Source of the DNA: Chiloscyllium plagiosum
Taxonomy: Eukaryota
Assembly (NCBI RefSeq): GCF_004010195.1
Contig: NC_057711.1
Coordinates: 81,014,714-81,078,713 of the forward strand
DNA: 64,000 nt
Direction of reading: 5' to 3'
Part shown: positions 37,229 to 49,689 of the stretch, in pieces
How positions within the stretch are numbered: position 1 is the first letter of the stretch
Layout: each line of letters starts with the position of its first letter
Program-made: the position numbers and the translations under genes
Notes under the pieces: generated by a model
Database searches by the model: none
Told to the model about the DNA's origin: nothing
Seen by the model: the letters and a program-made list of their open reading frames with translations, nothing else

Positions 37229-38925
37229 GATAGCAATCACCTTCATGTCTCAATGTTTCAGGTGTACGGCTATTCAGGGCTTGGTCTTTTTCTGTGCCAA
37301 TGCGTTAGGATTGAGGATGACTTGCTGAAGATCCTTAGGTGGTTCGATATGTTCTGAAATTGAAGAAAAGTCCAATGCGCTATGTGGAGACTCCACCACA
37401 TACAAGGACAGTTGGACGGCTGTTTGGAGGTCTATGTGCTCTCTCTGGCTCCTCAACTTCACCTCTGTGCATTTTTGCAAAGTCTCCCAATGGCTTGAGT
37501 TGAACAGGTCGGGCCTATATTCATTGTGTTTACAAGAATGAGAGGTGACCATGTTGACAAGTATAAGAGGCTTTAGACATTAGATACTGAAAAGATCATT
37601 CCCAGTCCTGCTGACAGCAGGTGAAAACTATTTCAAGGGAAAGTGTAGAGATCAGAGACATTTCAAAGGTAGGTGTTCCTGCTTTTCTCAAGAGGAAATG
37701 CTTAGCCTTTTGAAGTTAAAGTAGCAGTAACCGATCTCAGGTGAAGGGAGGAGAGTGAATTAAGAATTTTGCCAGTTCAGTACCCGCTTGTCATTGTGTG
37801 TAATCAGGGCAGTGGGCAAGACTAACATCTGATAATCAGGAAGGGTGAAACTGAAAATGGATGCTGCATCCTAAAAAAAAATAAAGAAATTGATATGTCT
37901 ACAGTCAGATGTAAATAGCCTTGAACAAAGCTGACAACCTAAACAGCCAAAGAAAATTGTGACACTTGAGTCAGCTGGCTGCAGACGTCTGCACACACTT
38001 CTGCATTGTTTCTCCAATGCCCATTGCACCACCCAGTCAATGGTTATCCTGTCACCAAGGTTGCTAAGTACACTGAAATCACAAAGATGGAAATTGCAGT
38101 GGCACAGGGCATGGAGTCAAGTGTCAGGGTCGGTTGGGTGTTGGCCATTGTGGTGGTCTGCTGTACTCTCCATAAAGTAGCCTTCCAGAGGAGTGTGAAT
38201 CTTGAGGATGTTGAGGTCCTGGAAAGGAGCAGCTATTTGGTAGCGCACAATAAGCAATAGGTGAGAAAGTTGGGGAATTGAAGGCTAGGGGAGATGATGC
38301 TAATAACAGAGATGTTAAATGTCCTCATGCATGATAAGGTGGCCACTTCCTGACACCTTCTGGAATAAAGACTTCCCTCTTCTCTGTCATCCATGCCAGA
38401 CCTCCAGCTCTCCAATGACATCTCACTTCTCTTTGGTATAGTGACAGGTTTCCCACAAATTCTCTCCTTCTCAGCATAAGCAGCATCCTCAGTACTGGCT
38501 GTCTTGGGGCCTGAAATCCCCCTCTATTCTAACCCCAGACAGTACTGGAGAAATTCAGCACACCTAGTAATATCTGTGGTGAGGCAAAGAGAGATTGAGT
38601 TTTGAGCCCAATATGACTCTTCTTCAGACCTGCTGAGTTTCTCCAGCCTTTCTGACTTTATTTGAGATTTCCTTCATCCAATATATTTTTCTTTGACTCA
38701 CTCTTACCCCATTAGTTTCAGTTTGATGGGAAACCTATTTCTACATTCATTAAGGGTACAACTCCAGGAAAACTTGATCTTTACTTCTTTCTGACAGGAG
38801 AGTTTCTGTCACTAAAACAGACTTGTTTCCTGTTTCTTTTCATCTAAACGGCAATTAGTGATTGACAATAAATGCTGACTTTGCCAATGGTGCCCACATG
38901 TGGTGACAGAATAAACAAAAATCAG

Positions 38926-39016
38926 AATAAACAGGGAGTGTCGGAGGGTTCTGTTCACTCTGAGAGCTGGCTCTGAGGGAGCTGGATCAGTGTCAAGGAC
39001 TTTCCCTGTGTAAATA
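38926..39016 (+). mobile_element. Probable 3' part of a solo LTR
   Basis: taaacagggagtgtc...ctgagagctggctctgagggagctggatcagtgtcaaggac...gtaaata. I recall this as the same LTR family as 379-484; unverified. Confidence 0.35.
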
Positions 39017-39229
39017 TAAAAAAACTGAAAAACAGCCTGAGTGAGAATCCAGATCCTGGTACCTTTACCCTGGAGTCCTGTTTCTCATTAAAATGCTGCC
39101 CATTTTTAAGGAGTTTTGCTTTAATGAGCTAGACAATTCCACTTGTTCAGGTTTGAGTGTGTTCAAACTCAAGTTTATCACCCAGATATAAAATTAGTTA
39201 ATGATTACAGTCACACAATATTTCTACAT

Positions 39230-40400
39230 AATCTGATGCATTTGATAAGAAGCCATGAAAAGATTACTCCATAAGATAAGAAAATTACCACAGAAAGAAG
39301 GTTGGCTAAATAACAGGAAATCGAGCATTGGGATAAATGGATTATTTTCAACTGGGCAAATTGTGGGCAGTGCAGACAACGTTCACTTGGCTGATCCCAG
39401 GTTTGGAGGGACTGTCTTATCAGGACAGCTGGACTAGGTTGGGCCTGAACTCTTTGAATGAGAATGAAACGTGACCTGATTGAAACATATGAGATTCATT
39501 GGGAACTTGAAACAGTGCAGGAAGGTTGTTCCCCTTTGTGGGAGAGTCCAGAAGCACAGAGCAGGATCTCACAATAAGGGGTTACTCTTCTAAAGCAGAA
39601 TTGAGGAGGAATTTCTTCTCTTTGAGGGTAGTGAAAGGCTGGATCATTAAGTATATTCAAGACTGTGATAGACAAATTTTTATTTGCCAGAGGATTAAGG
39701 TTATGGGGATAAAGGCAGGACGTGGAATTGAGGAGCATCGAGTGAACCACGATTACAATGGACTGAATGCTCCTCTGTCTTGTGTAAGGTGTTGCATTTT
39801 GGTAAGATGAATCGGGGAGGACTTACACAGTTATTGGTAGGGCCTTGGGGATTGTTGTTGATGATAGACCCAGGGGTTCAGGTACATAGGTTCCTTGAAA
39901 GTGGCATTACAGGCAGACAAGAAGGTGTTTGGCATGCTTGCCTTCATCAGTCAGAGCATTGAGTATAGGATTTGGGACATCATGTTGCTACTGTACAAGA
40001 CATTGGTGAGGCCACTTTTGAAGTACTGTGTACAATTCTGGTCACTGTGCTATGGGAAGGATGTTATTAAACTGGAACGGGTGCAAAAAAAGATTTACAA
40101 AGATGTTACCAAGACTGCAGCCTTTGAGCTATAGGGAGAGGCTGGATAGACTGAGACTTTTTTCCTTGGAGCTTTCGAGGCTAAGCAGTGATCATATAGA
40201 GGTTTACAAAATCTTCAGGTAAATAGCTAAGGTCTTTTCTTCGGGATATGGTAGTCATAAACTAAAGGCATAAGTTTAAGGTGAGAGGGGAACATTTAAA
40301 AGGGACTTGGAAACAACTTTTTTCCTGCAGAGGGTGATGTGTATATGGAACGAACTGCCAGAGGAAGCAGTAGAGGTGAGTACAATATAACAATTACCAT
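39230..40400 (+). mobile_element. Adjacent CR1 fragments
   Basis: LYKTLVRPLLKYCVQFWS...ERVQKK (39895..40134) and YRERLDRLRLFSLE. A separate 3'-end fragment lies at about 39430-39775. Confidence 0.9.
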
Positions 40401-40429
40401 TGCTGGTACAATACATTCTATTTGGCCTA

Positions 40430-41480
40430 TTGTGCCTGATGCTGCAGTGCTCTATCATTCTGAAGGTGATGTTCCTCCTGTACACTATTCTTATCTTCCT
40501 CCTTGAAATGTTGCTTCATCTCTCTCAGCTCTTCAGCATCCATTATGTCTCCTCTTAGCCTGCTCCAGTTGTGCTCCAGTTGAGCACAGTGTGCAAGGAT
40601 CACTCTGTCTGAGGAGTGCTGCAAGGACCACACACCAATCATACAAGACTGCTCCAAGTACGGAAAGTTCATCTCCAGTCTGCTGTCATCTACTGTCCGC
40701 TTTCTGATGGCTCTGGTTGAAGGAGGTGGATTGCAGTTACAATGGGCTTCAGTCAGGAATTTGTACAACAGCCTTAGCAGCCATAATTTCAGAGGGTATC
40801 CCTCGACTTCAAATAATTATTCCCATAAGGCACCATCCCTTGAAACAAAGAAAGACAATGTGAATTCTCAAGGATGTAGACACCACAGCAGGGATACTTA
40901 GCCCTGACATCCAAGATGAGGTACAAATGACCTTGGTAACTTGTGCATTGATGGAATGGAATCTTTTCTGTTGAAGCAGTCAGCTGCTTTGTGAATTAAT
41001 GCTCTCAACATGACTGTTATAGTTTATAGTGTCCTCGACCTGGAAGCAACCAGCTTTGTGGCTGAGCCTACTGCCTGATCTGAAGTACTACTCTTATCAT
41101 GGGGAAGTGAAATGAAGTGGTGTGACCTGCATAATTTGCATTGGTAACAGCCTTTTGATACATTTATGTGTCAAAGGTTGTAAGATCCCACATAGGGGCT
41201 CAATGGATCCTCGGGAACAGCCAGTTGCATAAGAAATTGGCGTTACCACCACCTTCTCACCAATTGGGACAGGATGGTCACTAAACCATCCAAGTCACAG
41301 AATCCTCTTTGGCAATTGGCACATTTCCATAACAATGCTCTTGCACATCCACAGTCTGAGGCACCAAAGTGCATTGCTCCTCTGGAGGGAATGACATAAA
41401 TCACAATAATCTCTAGCTTCTTATGCTTTTTCCTCTTGATGGCACCTTCAGCTGAGACTTCTTCATACGCTGACTGTTCA
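40430..41480 (-). mobile_element. Harbinger/PIF (HARBI1-like) DDE transposase remnant
   Basis: Reading across frameshifts gives HPVPIGEKVVV..SYATGCSRGS...CGILQP..HKCIK, HFP, NRK.FHSINAQ, ILDVRAKYP, YILENS, GYPLKLWLL and LEMNFPYL...HNW.R.RGD, collinear with the HARBI1 family. Confidence 0.8.
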
Positions 41481-42015
41481 GCAGCTACTGGACATTGCTC
41501 CTGGTCCTGAGCTGACTGGTGAATGTGTTCCTTCTCAATTTCTCCTGTGCCTTCATAGCACAACAGCCACAGTGATGATATCCCCTGCTGTGGCTGGATA
41601 TACTGGTCAAAGATTCAATGAATCTACATGGAGAGTATCAGGAACAGAGCAGGTCTTAGTATTGCGAGCAGTCAGCATTCAGCAGGAACCTTATTCCGAT
41701 GAATGCAGAGCCTGCCATGTTACACAAATAGGAAATGGTGAGTTCTTTATGGTTACTGATACCTTACACTCGGCCAAGAAAAGTAGCTTTGCGTACAGGA
41801 GCATGTTGGCAACTTCTTACAGTTTGACATGAGAGGAAATCAGTTCCATGCCCTTATGCAGCCTGAGATCTTGAATTGTCTTTGCAAATTGTGAATTGTG
41901 CTTCACAGATGCCACTATTAAGGTTACCTGTGATTACTTCTGTTTCACAGAAATGACTATGACCAATCTCTAACAACCAATGGTTTGATCAGGTTCGCTT
42001 GTGGTAAGAATTACC

Positions 42016-42380
42016 TATGGTTAAATGGAAGTCAATTAAAGTCACGTATTCACTGTATACAGAAACCTTTGCCAAGTTTACAAATAAAATAATAATTGCA
42101 CAAAGTATTATTATGATATCAGGTGATATTTTTGTATAAAGCTGTCAATTGTCTTCCTTGCACGTGCTCATGTTTGAGCAATATCATCGTGGAATATAAT
42201 AAGCACACACCAAGAATTATTTTAAATCTTTCTCATACATAAGTATACTTTCTATCTTATTTTAATAACAATATTAAATCAGTGTTATATTTGTCTTTAG
42301 AGGATGAAGAATCAAAATTGCCATCATCTTGTGACTTGCTACTCTGGAGACCTTGCTCAATTCTATCTGCAGTCCTTGTG
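42016..42380. repeat. Copy A of an unclassified ~365-bp direct repeat
   Basis: Aligns along its whole length with 43799-44172, for example the shared caatattaaatcagtgttatatttg and cctttgccaagtttacaaa. Confidence 0.92.
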
Positions 42381-43798
42381 TATCCCACACAGTCGCTGCA
42401 TGTATTCACATGCAGGATTCTATGAGTACAGATGTCTTCAACCTGTACTGTGTAAGTGCCAGATTCTTCCAATGCCCCGTAAAGGATCTCATAACATTCA
42501 TAAGAAATCACATTAATTGTCAAGTTACTGGTTGAATTTGACCACATGTTTCAGCCCCCTGAAACTGAATTTGCTTTGTCACCAACTGGCTGTGGGGAAG
42601 GCTCAGTTGTTAAGCACCATCAAGGCTGGGATTAGTAGACGTCTATATACCTAAAACAACATGACATACCAGAATACAGTAAGAAAACATTGAAGTACTA
42701 GATCAACCACAATCTCATTGAATGATGGAGTGGGCTTGACAGGCTGAATGTGCTATTCCTGTGTTTGATGATTTATGTTATATTATGATATGTGAATATG
42801 TTGGCTGCACGTCCATGTTCAAAAACAAGAGAAACTATCTACAAAGCCCACCAGCCGCACTGCTTTCAGTGGATTGTAATTGACTTGTACTTCATGAAAA
42901 TTGCTTTGAATCAAGCAGGTGTCTCCATGTTAGCATTTCAGACAAGCTTACATCACGGTAAGCCAAAATCAAACTGTCAAACAATGTTGTCTTATTAGGA
43001 CAGCATCCACATCATGCCTGACTTTACTCTCTGACTTTCCACATCATTGTACCGAAAGACAAACTTGTCACTTCAATGTCCAACACCTGAATCTATCCAA
43101 TTTCTTGTCCCTAACCCAAGGTTCATAATAGAAAAGAACAGAGATTATTCAGTATACAACAGTGAAGCAAATAAGATGGGACACTGCCCTGTCTTGTCGA
43201 AACTTGTTTCACCCAGAACACCAAAAGTCTGTATACCAGTCATGTGAAAGAATCGGCACCACAGCTGTAACAGGAACATTATTACTTTCTTGAGAAAAAT
43301 AGGTTCCTTCTGCTGCCATTTTTGTGGCAAATAATATAATGAGAATGATGCAAAAAGAAACGTCTTGTCTCCATGCTTTTCAGAAATAGTTCAATCAGTC
43401 CCTTTATTTCCATTCAGTCTCCCCGCTGTTCTTCAGTTAATTCTGGCACAAAGGCACTGCATAACCTTTCGATAAGTATATGCAACATGGCTCCAACATC
43501 TCTTTTCATAAAGCAAAATGCACTAAGGTTACTTGTGTATGATGAGAATTCTGAATATATATGCAAGCTGGAAAGTTGGATTCTATACTAACTGGACAAG
43601 AAGCAAGTGGTAGGAAGCCTCCTCTAAAAAACCAAATAGAATTTGAGTGATCCTGATGGGACCAAACCCTTCTACATTTTACTTCGTCGTGTCCGCAATC
43701 AATCCTGTGCTGCAATGCTTCACACAGATTGATAATTCAAATCTCTGTGCTTATTGTTATATTTTATTTCCCTGGTTCTTGATTCTGCTTCTGTTACG

Positions 43799-44172
43799 TA
43801 TGATTAAATGGAAGTTAATCAAAATCACTTGTTCCATGTATACAGAAGCCTTTGCCAAGTTTACAAAAAAAACATGATTGCACTAAGTATTATTACAGAT
43901 ATCAGGTGATATTTGTGTACAAAGCTTTCAATCATCTTTCTTGCACAAACACATGCATGTTTGAGCAATATTGTCCTGGAATATGATAAGCACCTACCAA
44001 GAATAATTTTAAATCTTTCCTTTTCATAAGTATACCTTCTATCTTATTTTAATAGCAATATTAAATCAGTGTTATATTTGCCTTTAGAGGGTGAGGAATC
44101 AAAATTGTCATCATCGTGTGACTTGTAATGCTGCTCTGGAGACCATGCTCTATTCTATCTGCGGTCCCTGTG
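43799..44172. repeat. Copy B of the ~365-bp direct repeat
   Basis: See copy A. Diverged by many substitutions and small indels. Confidence 0.92.
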
Positions 44173-44509
44173 CTGCCAGCCACCTATTCGGAGACACATT
44201 CTGCACACGGTCAGTGTGACAACTTATACAGGGCTCTGCTTGAGTTGGACATTGACCTGACGTTACTGATGGTAGAAGATCCACATTTACTTGAAACATA
44301 CAAATTGCTCTGGAAAGATAGGAAAGGAAGGAATTGTGCAGTATAGATGAAAGATAATATTACAGTATTGGAGAGAATGTCCACAAAGGCATGAAGCAGA
44401 TATCAATTTGGTTAGAACTAAGAAACAATAGATGTACCATTACATTACTAGATATATTCTATAGGCTGTCAATTAGAGGGAAACATGTAAAGTAGGAAGA
44501 TTATAAAGG

Positions 44510-44812
44510 AGACAGTGGTACAGTGGTCATATCACTGGACAACTAATATTCCGGGGCATGGATTCAATTTCCATCATGGCTGATAGTGAAATTTGAATTT
44601 AGTAAAAGAAGAAGCTAGTCTAATGGTGATCATGTGACCACTGTCGATTGTTGTAAAAACTCATCTGATTCACTAATGTTCTTTGGGGTTTGATCTGCAC
44701 ATGACTCCAGACTGACCACAATATAGTTCACTGTTAACTTCTCCCTGGCCATTGAAGGATAGGAAATAAATGCTGGTCTGGTCAGCAACACCCATATCAG
44801 ATGAATCAATTT
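44510..44812 (+). mobile_element. Old tRNA-derived SINE with LINE-like tail
   Basis: A box TGGTACAGTGG, B-box-like GGATTCAATTTCC, and tail aataaatgctggtctggtcagcaacacccatatc. Confidence 0.7.
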
Positions 44813-44849
44813 TTTTAAAAAAAGGTTGAAAAGATATTAAAAATATTAT

Positions 44850-45320
44850 GTTTCCAAACCAATAATTAAGGAAAGCCAGCATGAATTTGATAACAGAAAA
44901 TCATATTTAAATCATTTGAGTTTTTCAATATAGTATCAAAGTGGGTAGAATGAGGGTAGTACAGTTCATGCAGCACATGTGGACATCCTTACGATATTGG
45001 ATAAAATTCCATGTAATAGATTTGGCTGTAAACTGAGGTCCATGGAATAAAAAGGACAGTGACAGTAGGAACACAAAGTCGGCAGAAGGACACATGATGA
45101 AGTACTGGTCCTTTGCTGGTTTTCCGACTGGAGCAAGATGTATAGTGGAGTTCCTAACAGATTGGCATTAGGACCATGGCTTTTCTTTATCAACATTCAT
45201 GACAAGGCTAGAGTGTGCAGTGCACAATTTCAAAACTTGTAAGTGACTCAAAACTGTAAAGTATCATGAACTCTGGGAAGGATGGTGACAGGGTTTAAGA
45301 GGATTTAGGCTGGCTCAGTA
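44850..45320 (+). mobile_element. Old CR1 RT fragment
   Basis: Remnants of DKIP..RL and SGVP..LALGP.LF..NIHD. Confidence 0.65.
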
Positions 45321-46309
45321 CTGGGGACACACAACAAACCAAAAACTTAATTCAAAGTAGGCACATGGAATGGGCATCTCTACTTATAAATGCATATGGA
45401 TTCTTTTCTTTCACTCTGTCATTCACAGAACTAAAATCATGTCTGCTGAGTATTTTGCAAATGCTACCCACAGGAAAGGTTATTGATAAAGAAGCTGTTC
45501 ATGATTCCTGAGGAACCTTACAGAGATATCCTGGAGCTGAGATAACTGACCCCCAAGACTCCAACCAACAGAGAGCAGTCACCTGATACCCATTCATTTC
45601 TGTTTCACTTGGGCTCCTTAATGCTTCATTTGGTCAAATGCAGCCCTGATGCCAGGGGTAGTCGCTCTACCCTCCCCCTGTTGTATACTAGCAAGGACAT
45701 GCTGAGATGAATGTTAAAACTGGTGAAGAACCCAATCATACACTGAAGCTGTCAGGTCCTTTGTGCTCTTCTCTGTTTCCCATCCAAGGAAGAAAGTGGA
45801 ATTTGTGATATATATTTTTCAAAAGGCACTGCTTCTTGTTTGAGTGTTGTTAATGAGTTTATGTAGAAATGTGTAGCAGTTTTCCACTGGGGAAAATTAA
45901 CATAGCCAGGTAGGAATAATCTGACCTGCTGAGCTCAGTTAATTCAATTATGGAGCGACTAAACTGTTTGGCAGAGCATCTGCTCAGCATGGATTTTTCA
46001 CAATTGTGACATGAGCTGGTTCATGTTGGCATTGGAGGGAGGGAGCTGATGGGGAGCAGAGGCTACACTGGAGACGAAGCCTCCAGTACATGAATTACTC
46101 TTGGGTACTGCAGTGTACATTAAGCAGCTGAGCAAGTAGGACTCCGGGGCATTTTAAATAGACAAGACTTGAAAAATCCAATGCATGACACAGCTGTACA
46201 TTGCTCCTCGTGGGAAATTCAAAGCTCAAAGCACCAATATTTAAATAGCTTGTTATGAGTGTATGGAATTCCAGAGCTAAGTAACATTATACTCAACATA
46301 TTGATTTTT

Positions 46310-47600
46310 CCTCTACAAACTACAATGCAGGAGGATATCCTGTGCCCGGAGTATATGCTGGCTGTCTGTTGACTAATCCAAACTGTTCATTTGCCCTGCT
46401 CTATCCCCATTACCTTTTGATTTTATGTCTCTCAGGTGCCCATTCAATTTCCTTTTGAGCTTATTCCTTTTCTCTATTTCCTTCAACCTTATAGGCAATG
46501 TGCTTCACTTACTGTGAAAAAGGTTGTTCCTCACCTTTCCCCTGCATCCCTCTCCCAACATTTTAAAACTCTGTCCCCAGTTCTGGTACCATCACGTAAA
46601 AAGAGTAGCGTTTCTTTTGTTCACTTTATCTAAAACTGATTTAATCTTTCACAACTCATTCAAATATCCCCTCAACCTATTTTGACCCAAGTGTTTTCCA
46701 AATTTACCTTGCAGTCAAAATTGTTCATCACTGGAACCATCTCAACAAATCTTCTCTGCCTCTTTTGATGCCCTCCATCAAAATGTATCACCACAAACCT
46801 CTCTGCATTAAATAAGATCTATTAATTCTCCAAGCCAATCCTGTTGCAGTAAATTGTCCCCTCACTCTATGCCACATGTCCAATATTGCCATCATTGGCA
46901 AATTTTGAAATCTTAAGTTGGACAGTAATATCCCAGTCATTTTTATCCTAGCATTACCCTTGGGAAAATTACTGTCACCTTTCTCTGCCCTGAAAAACAA
47001 CCTTTCACCTGAAATCCCTGTTTTCTATCTGTAAGCCAACACTGAGCATCCTATTACAGGAGCCACATTTTTGTTCACCAACTTTGTCAAACACTTTCTT
47101 AAAATCCAGTCGAAAATATCCACTACATTCACTTTATCGAGCTATTCTATTTTCAATTAGATTAATTAAGAATTGGCTGTCTCTTTCAAATTCATGCTGT
47201 CTCTTAGCGAGTTTTGAGAAGATTTGTAGCTCAGGTTGAGATTTTGGATGCAGGTTTGCTCGCTAAGCTGCAAGGTTATTCCAGACGCTTTGTTACCTAG
47301 TAACTGTCTCTCTTTAAATAATCAAAAACTTTCTTTATTCTGGATTATTGTTTCCAGAACCTTATCCACAACTGACATTAAACTGCATGGCCTATAGTTA
47401 TTAGGAATATGTTTGTACCCCTTTCTGAAATGAGGGTGTCATATTCAATCCCCTGGCACCTCCCCCCATGGTGGTCTATGTGGCCTACCTCTACTCTTTT
47501 CCTTATATTTGTATAGAGGCCTATATTACACGCCCAGAAAGATGATTGCATATTGTTTGTGCTTTTCAAAACTAACCAAAATATTGTCTTTTACTCATCC
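46310..47600 (-). mobile_element. Old CR1 fragment(s), with a short PLE-type terminus at about 47208-47305
   Basis: Reverse-complement CR1 3' UTR and RT traces. The insert ttgtagctcaggttgag...tttgctcgct.agctg is flanked by a repeated ctgtctct. Confidence 0.55.
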
Positions 47601-47892
47601 ATAGACACCCACCATGTCTTCTCATAGGTACTGCCACCCACTCTAAGGGCTTTGTGATTTTCTATGCATCAGTACACATAACTTATTTCACATGATGTTG
47701 TACACTTGTTGAGGAAGATGTCTGGGAGTTTATTAATTTAACTAATCACAAGTTACAATATCATGGACTCTCAGTCTGGTTTCTGTGCTTGCTATATATT
47801 ATGTGTACATGACTGAATGACAGAAAAGAATACACCAGCTCCATGAAACAGAGAGTAGCTGAAAATGATGCAGTTACCTTTATACCTGAATA

Positions 47893-48370
47893 TAGAGTCA
47901 TAGAGGCATACAGCATGGACACAGACCATTCAGTCCAACTCGTTTATGTCAACGAAGTTTCTCAAATTAAACTAGTCAGACTCACCTGCATTTGGCCCAT
48001 GTCCCTCTAAACCTTTCCTATCCATGTACCTGTCCAAATGTCTTTTTGATGTTGCAACTGTTCCTGCAACTACCACTTTCTCTGGCAGTTAATTCCACAT
48101 ACATACTGCCCTTGGTTTGAAACAGTTGCCATCAGGTCTATTTTAAATTTTTCTCCTCTCACTTTAAAAATATGCCACATAGCTTTGAATTCCCCCACCC
48201 TAGGGAAACACCCTTTGTTATTCACCTTATCTATGCCCATCATGATTTTATAAACTGCTATAAGGTCACTGCTCAACCTTCTTCGCTCCAGTGGAAAAGG
48301 TTCCAGCCTATCCAGCCTCTAGTCCCAGCAACATCCTGGTACATCTTTTCTGAACCCACTCTGACTTAAT
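47893..48370 (-). mobile_element. CR1 (HER1-like) 3' end
   Basis: tagagtcatagag tail. ORF 48070..48276 reads DLIAVYKIMMGIDKVN.KG.FPRVGE. Confidence 0.9.
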
Positions 48371-48852
48371 ATCAATTTGTTTTCTTTACCTAGCCCCATT
48401 TTTCACCATCTTCTCAATTCATTTGACCGTTAGATTTGCTAGTTCTTTAACTCTGGATGGAAAACAAAAGAAAACAAGAAGTAGCTGATATCATATCGAG
48501 GTCTCAATATTTCTAGAGATTTATAACAAGAAAACAGAGAAATGGCAGGAACTACTGGCGCAGAGCTATTTGCTAAATTATCAAAATGTATTTGCTTTAT
48601 GTCTGTTGCTTTGGTGCATACTAAACTGTAAAATAGTCAAGAAAATGGGGGATGATAGTCTCCACCAGATTCTCCCACCAATTGTGGTAGAATTGAGGAG
48701 TTGGAATGTTCCCATGATATTCCTGTTGTCAAATTCTCTTTAATTCCGCTGAACAACTGTCATGGAAAGAAAGTTAGAACTAACTAGGTGAGTGGTTTCT
48801 CTCCACAGTATAGAGATTTTTTTTGTTACAGTATTCTTGTGGAGAAAGCTAT

Positions 48853-49240
48853 AATCATACAACACCAGGTCATAGTCCAACAGGTTTATTTGGAGGCACT
48901 AGCATTCGCAGCGCTGCTTCTTCATCAGGTGGTTGTGGAGTAGGATCATGCGACACAGAATTTATACCAACAGGATTGCAGTGTCATAGAATGTAATATT
49001 AAACAAATTTAGCTTGAGTCTTTCATCTTTTAGAATAATCACATTAGTTTCAATTCTTTCATAGTTTTGCAAGAACTTTTTAAAGTTACATTCTCAAGGT
49101 AGCTTTTAACAATAGGTGTCATCTCAGCTCAGATAATGCCTTGAAGTTGTGACGTTAAAGTCTGTCTGTGTCCCAATGTTAGGTCAGACTGATTCTACTT
49201 CTAAAGTGGGATTTACAGAATTTTACATGGATTTATGGAG
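48853..49240 (-). mobile_element. PLE 3' terminal repeat (second family, long form) with mutated hammerhead core
   Basis: Shares caacaccaggtcatagtccaacaggtttatttgg with the elements at 54645 and 55037. Minus strand reads cac-CTGATGA-agaagcagcgctgc-GAAT-gcta-gtg. Confidence 0.75.
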
Positions 49241-49689
49241 AGATAGACTTAACATATGGGAGCTGAGTCCTCTGGCCATTCCAGTTAACATATAATTTCA
49301 AGATGAATGGCTTGAAATGGGATGTGTTTTATAGTATGCAAACCTCTAGGTTAAAAATCACACACCAGGTTATAGTCCAACAGGTTTAATTGGAAACACA
49401 ATCTCTTTGATTTAACCAGTAAGAAGCCTAAGAAAGGAAGAATCACTATCAAACTGAATAATGGGAAAAAAAGCCAGAGCATGTAAGAAAAATAGCATGG
49501 GAGTACATCCAGATAGTAGTGAATAGAATATAATGATGTTTAACATAGTGATTGAGATAACAATAGATATTACAAAGACCAACATAAGATAGGGGATAGT
49601 CAAGGTGCCAGATTTGGGGGAGTACAGAGATCTCAGCTGTCAAAAGGCTGTAGGAGGTTCCAAAGATAAGGATCCATTTGCTTTATAAA

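Noticed and set aside
42016..44172. Canonical LTR retrotransposon or TRIM
   Set aside because: No TG..CA termini, primer-binding site, polypurine tract or TSD identified. Kept only as an unexplained repeat.
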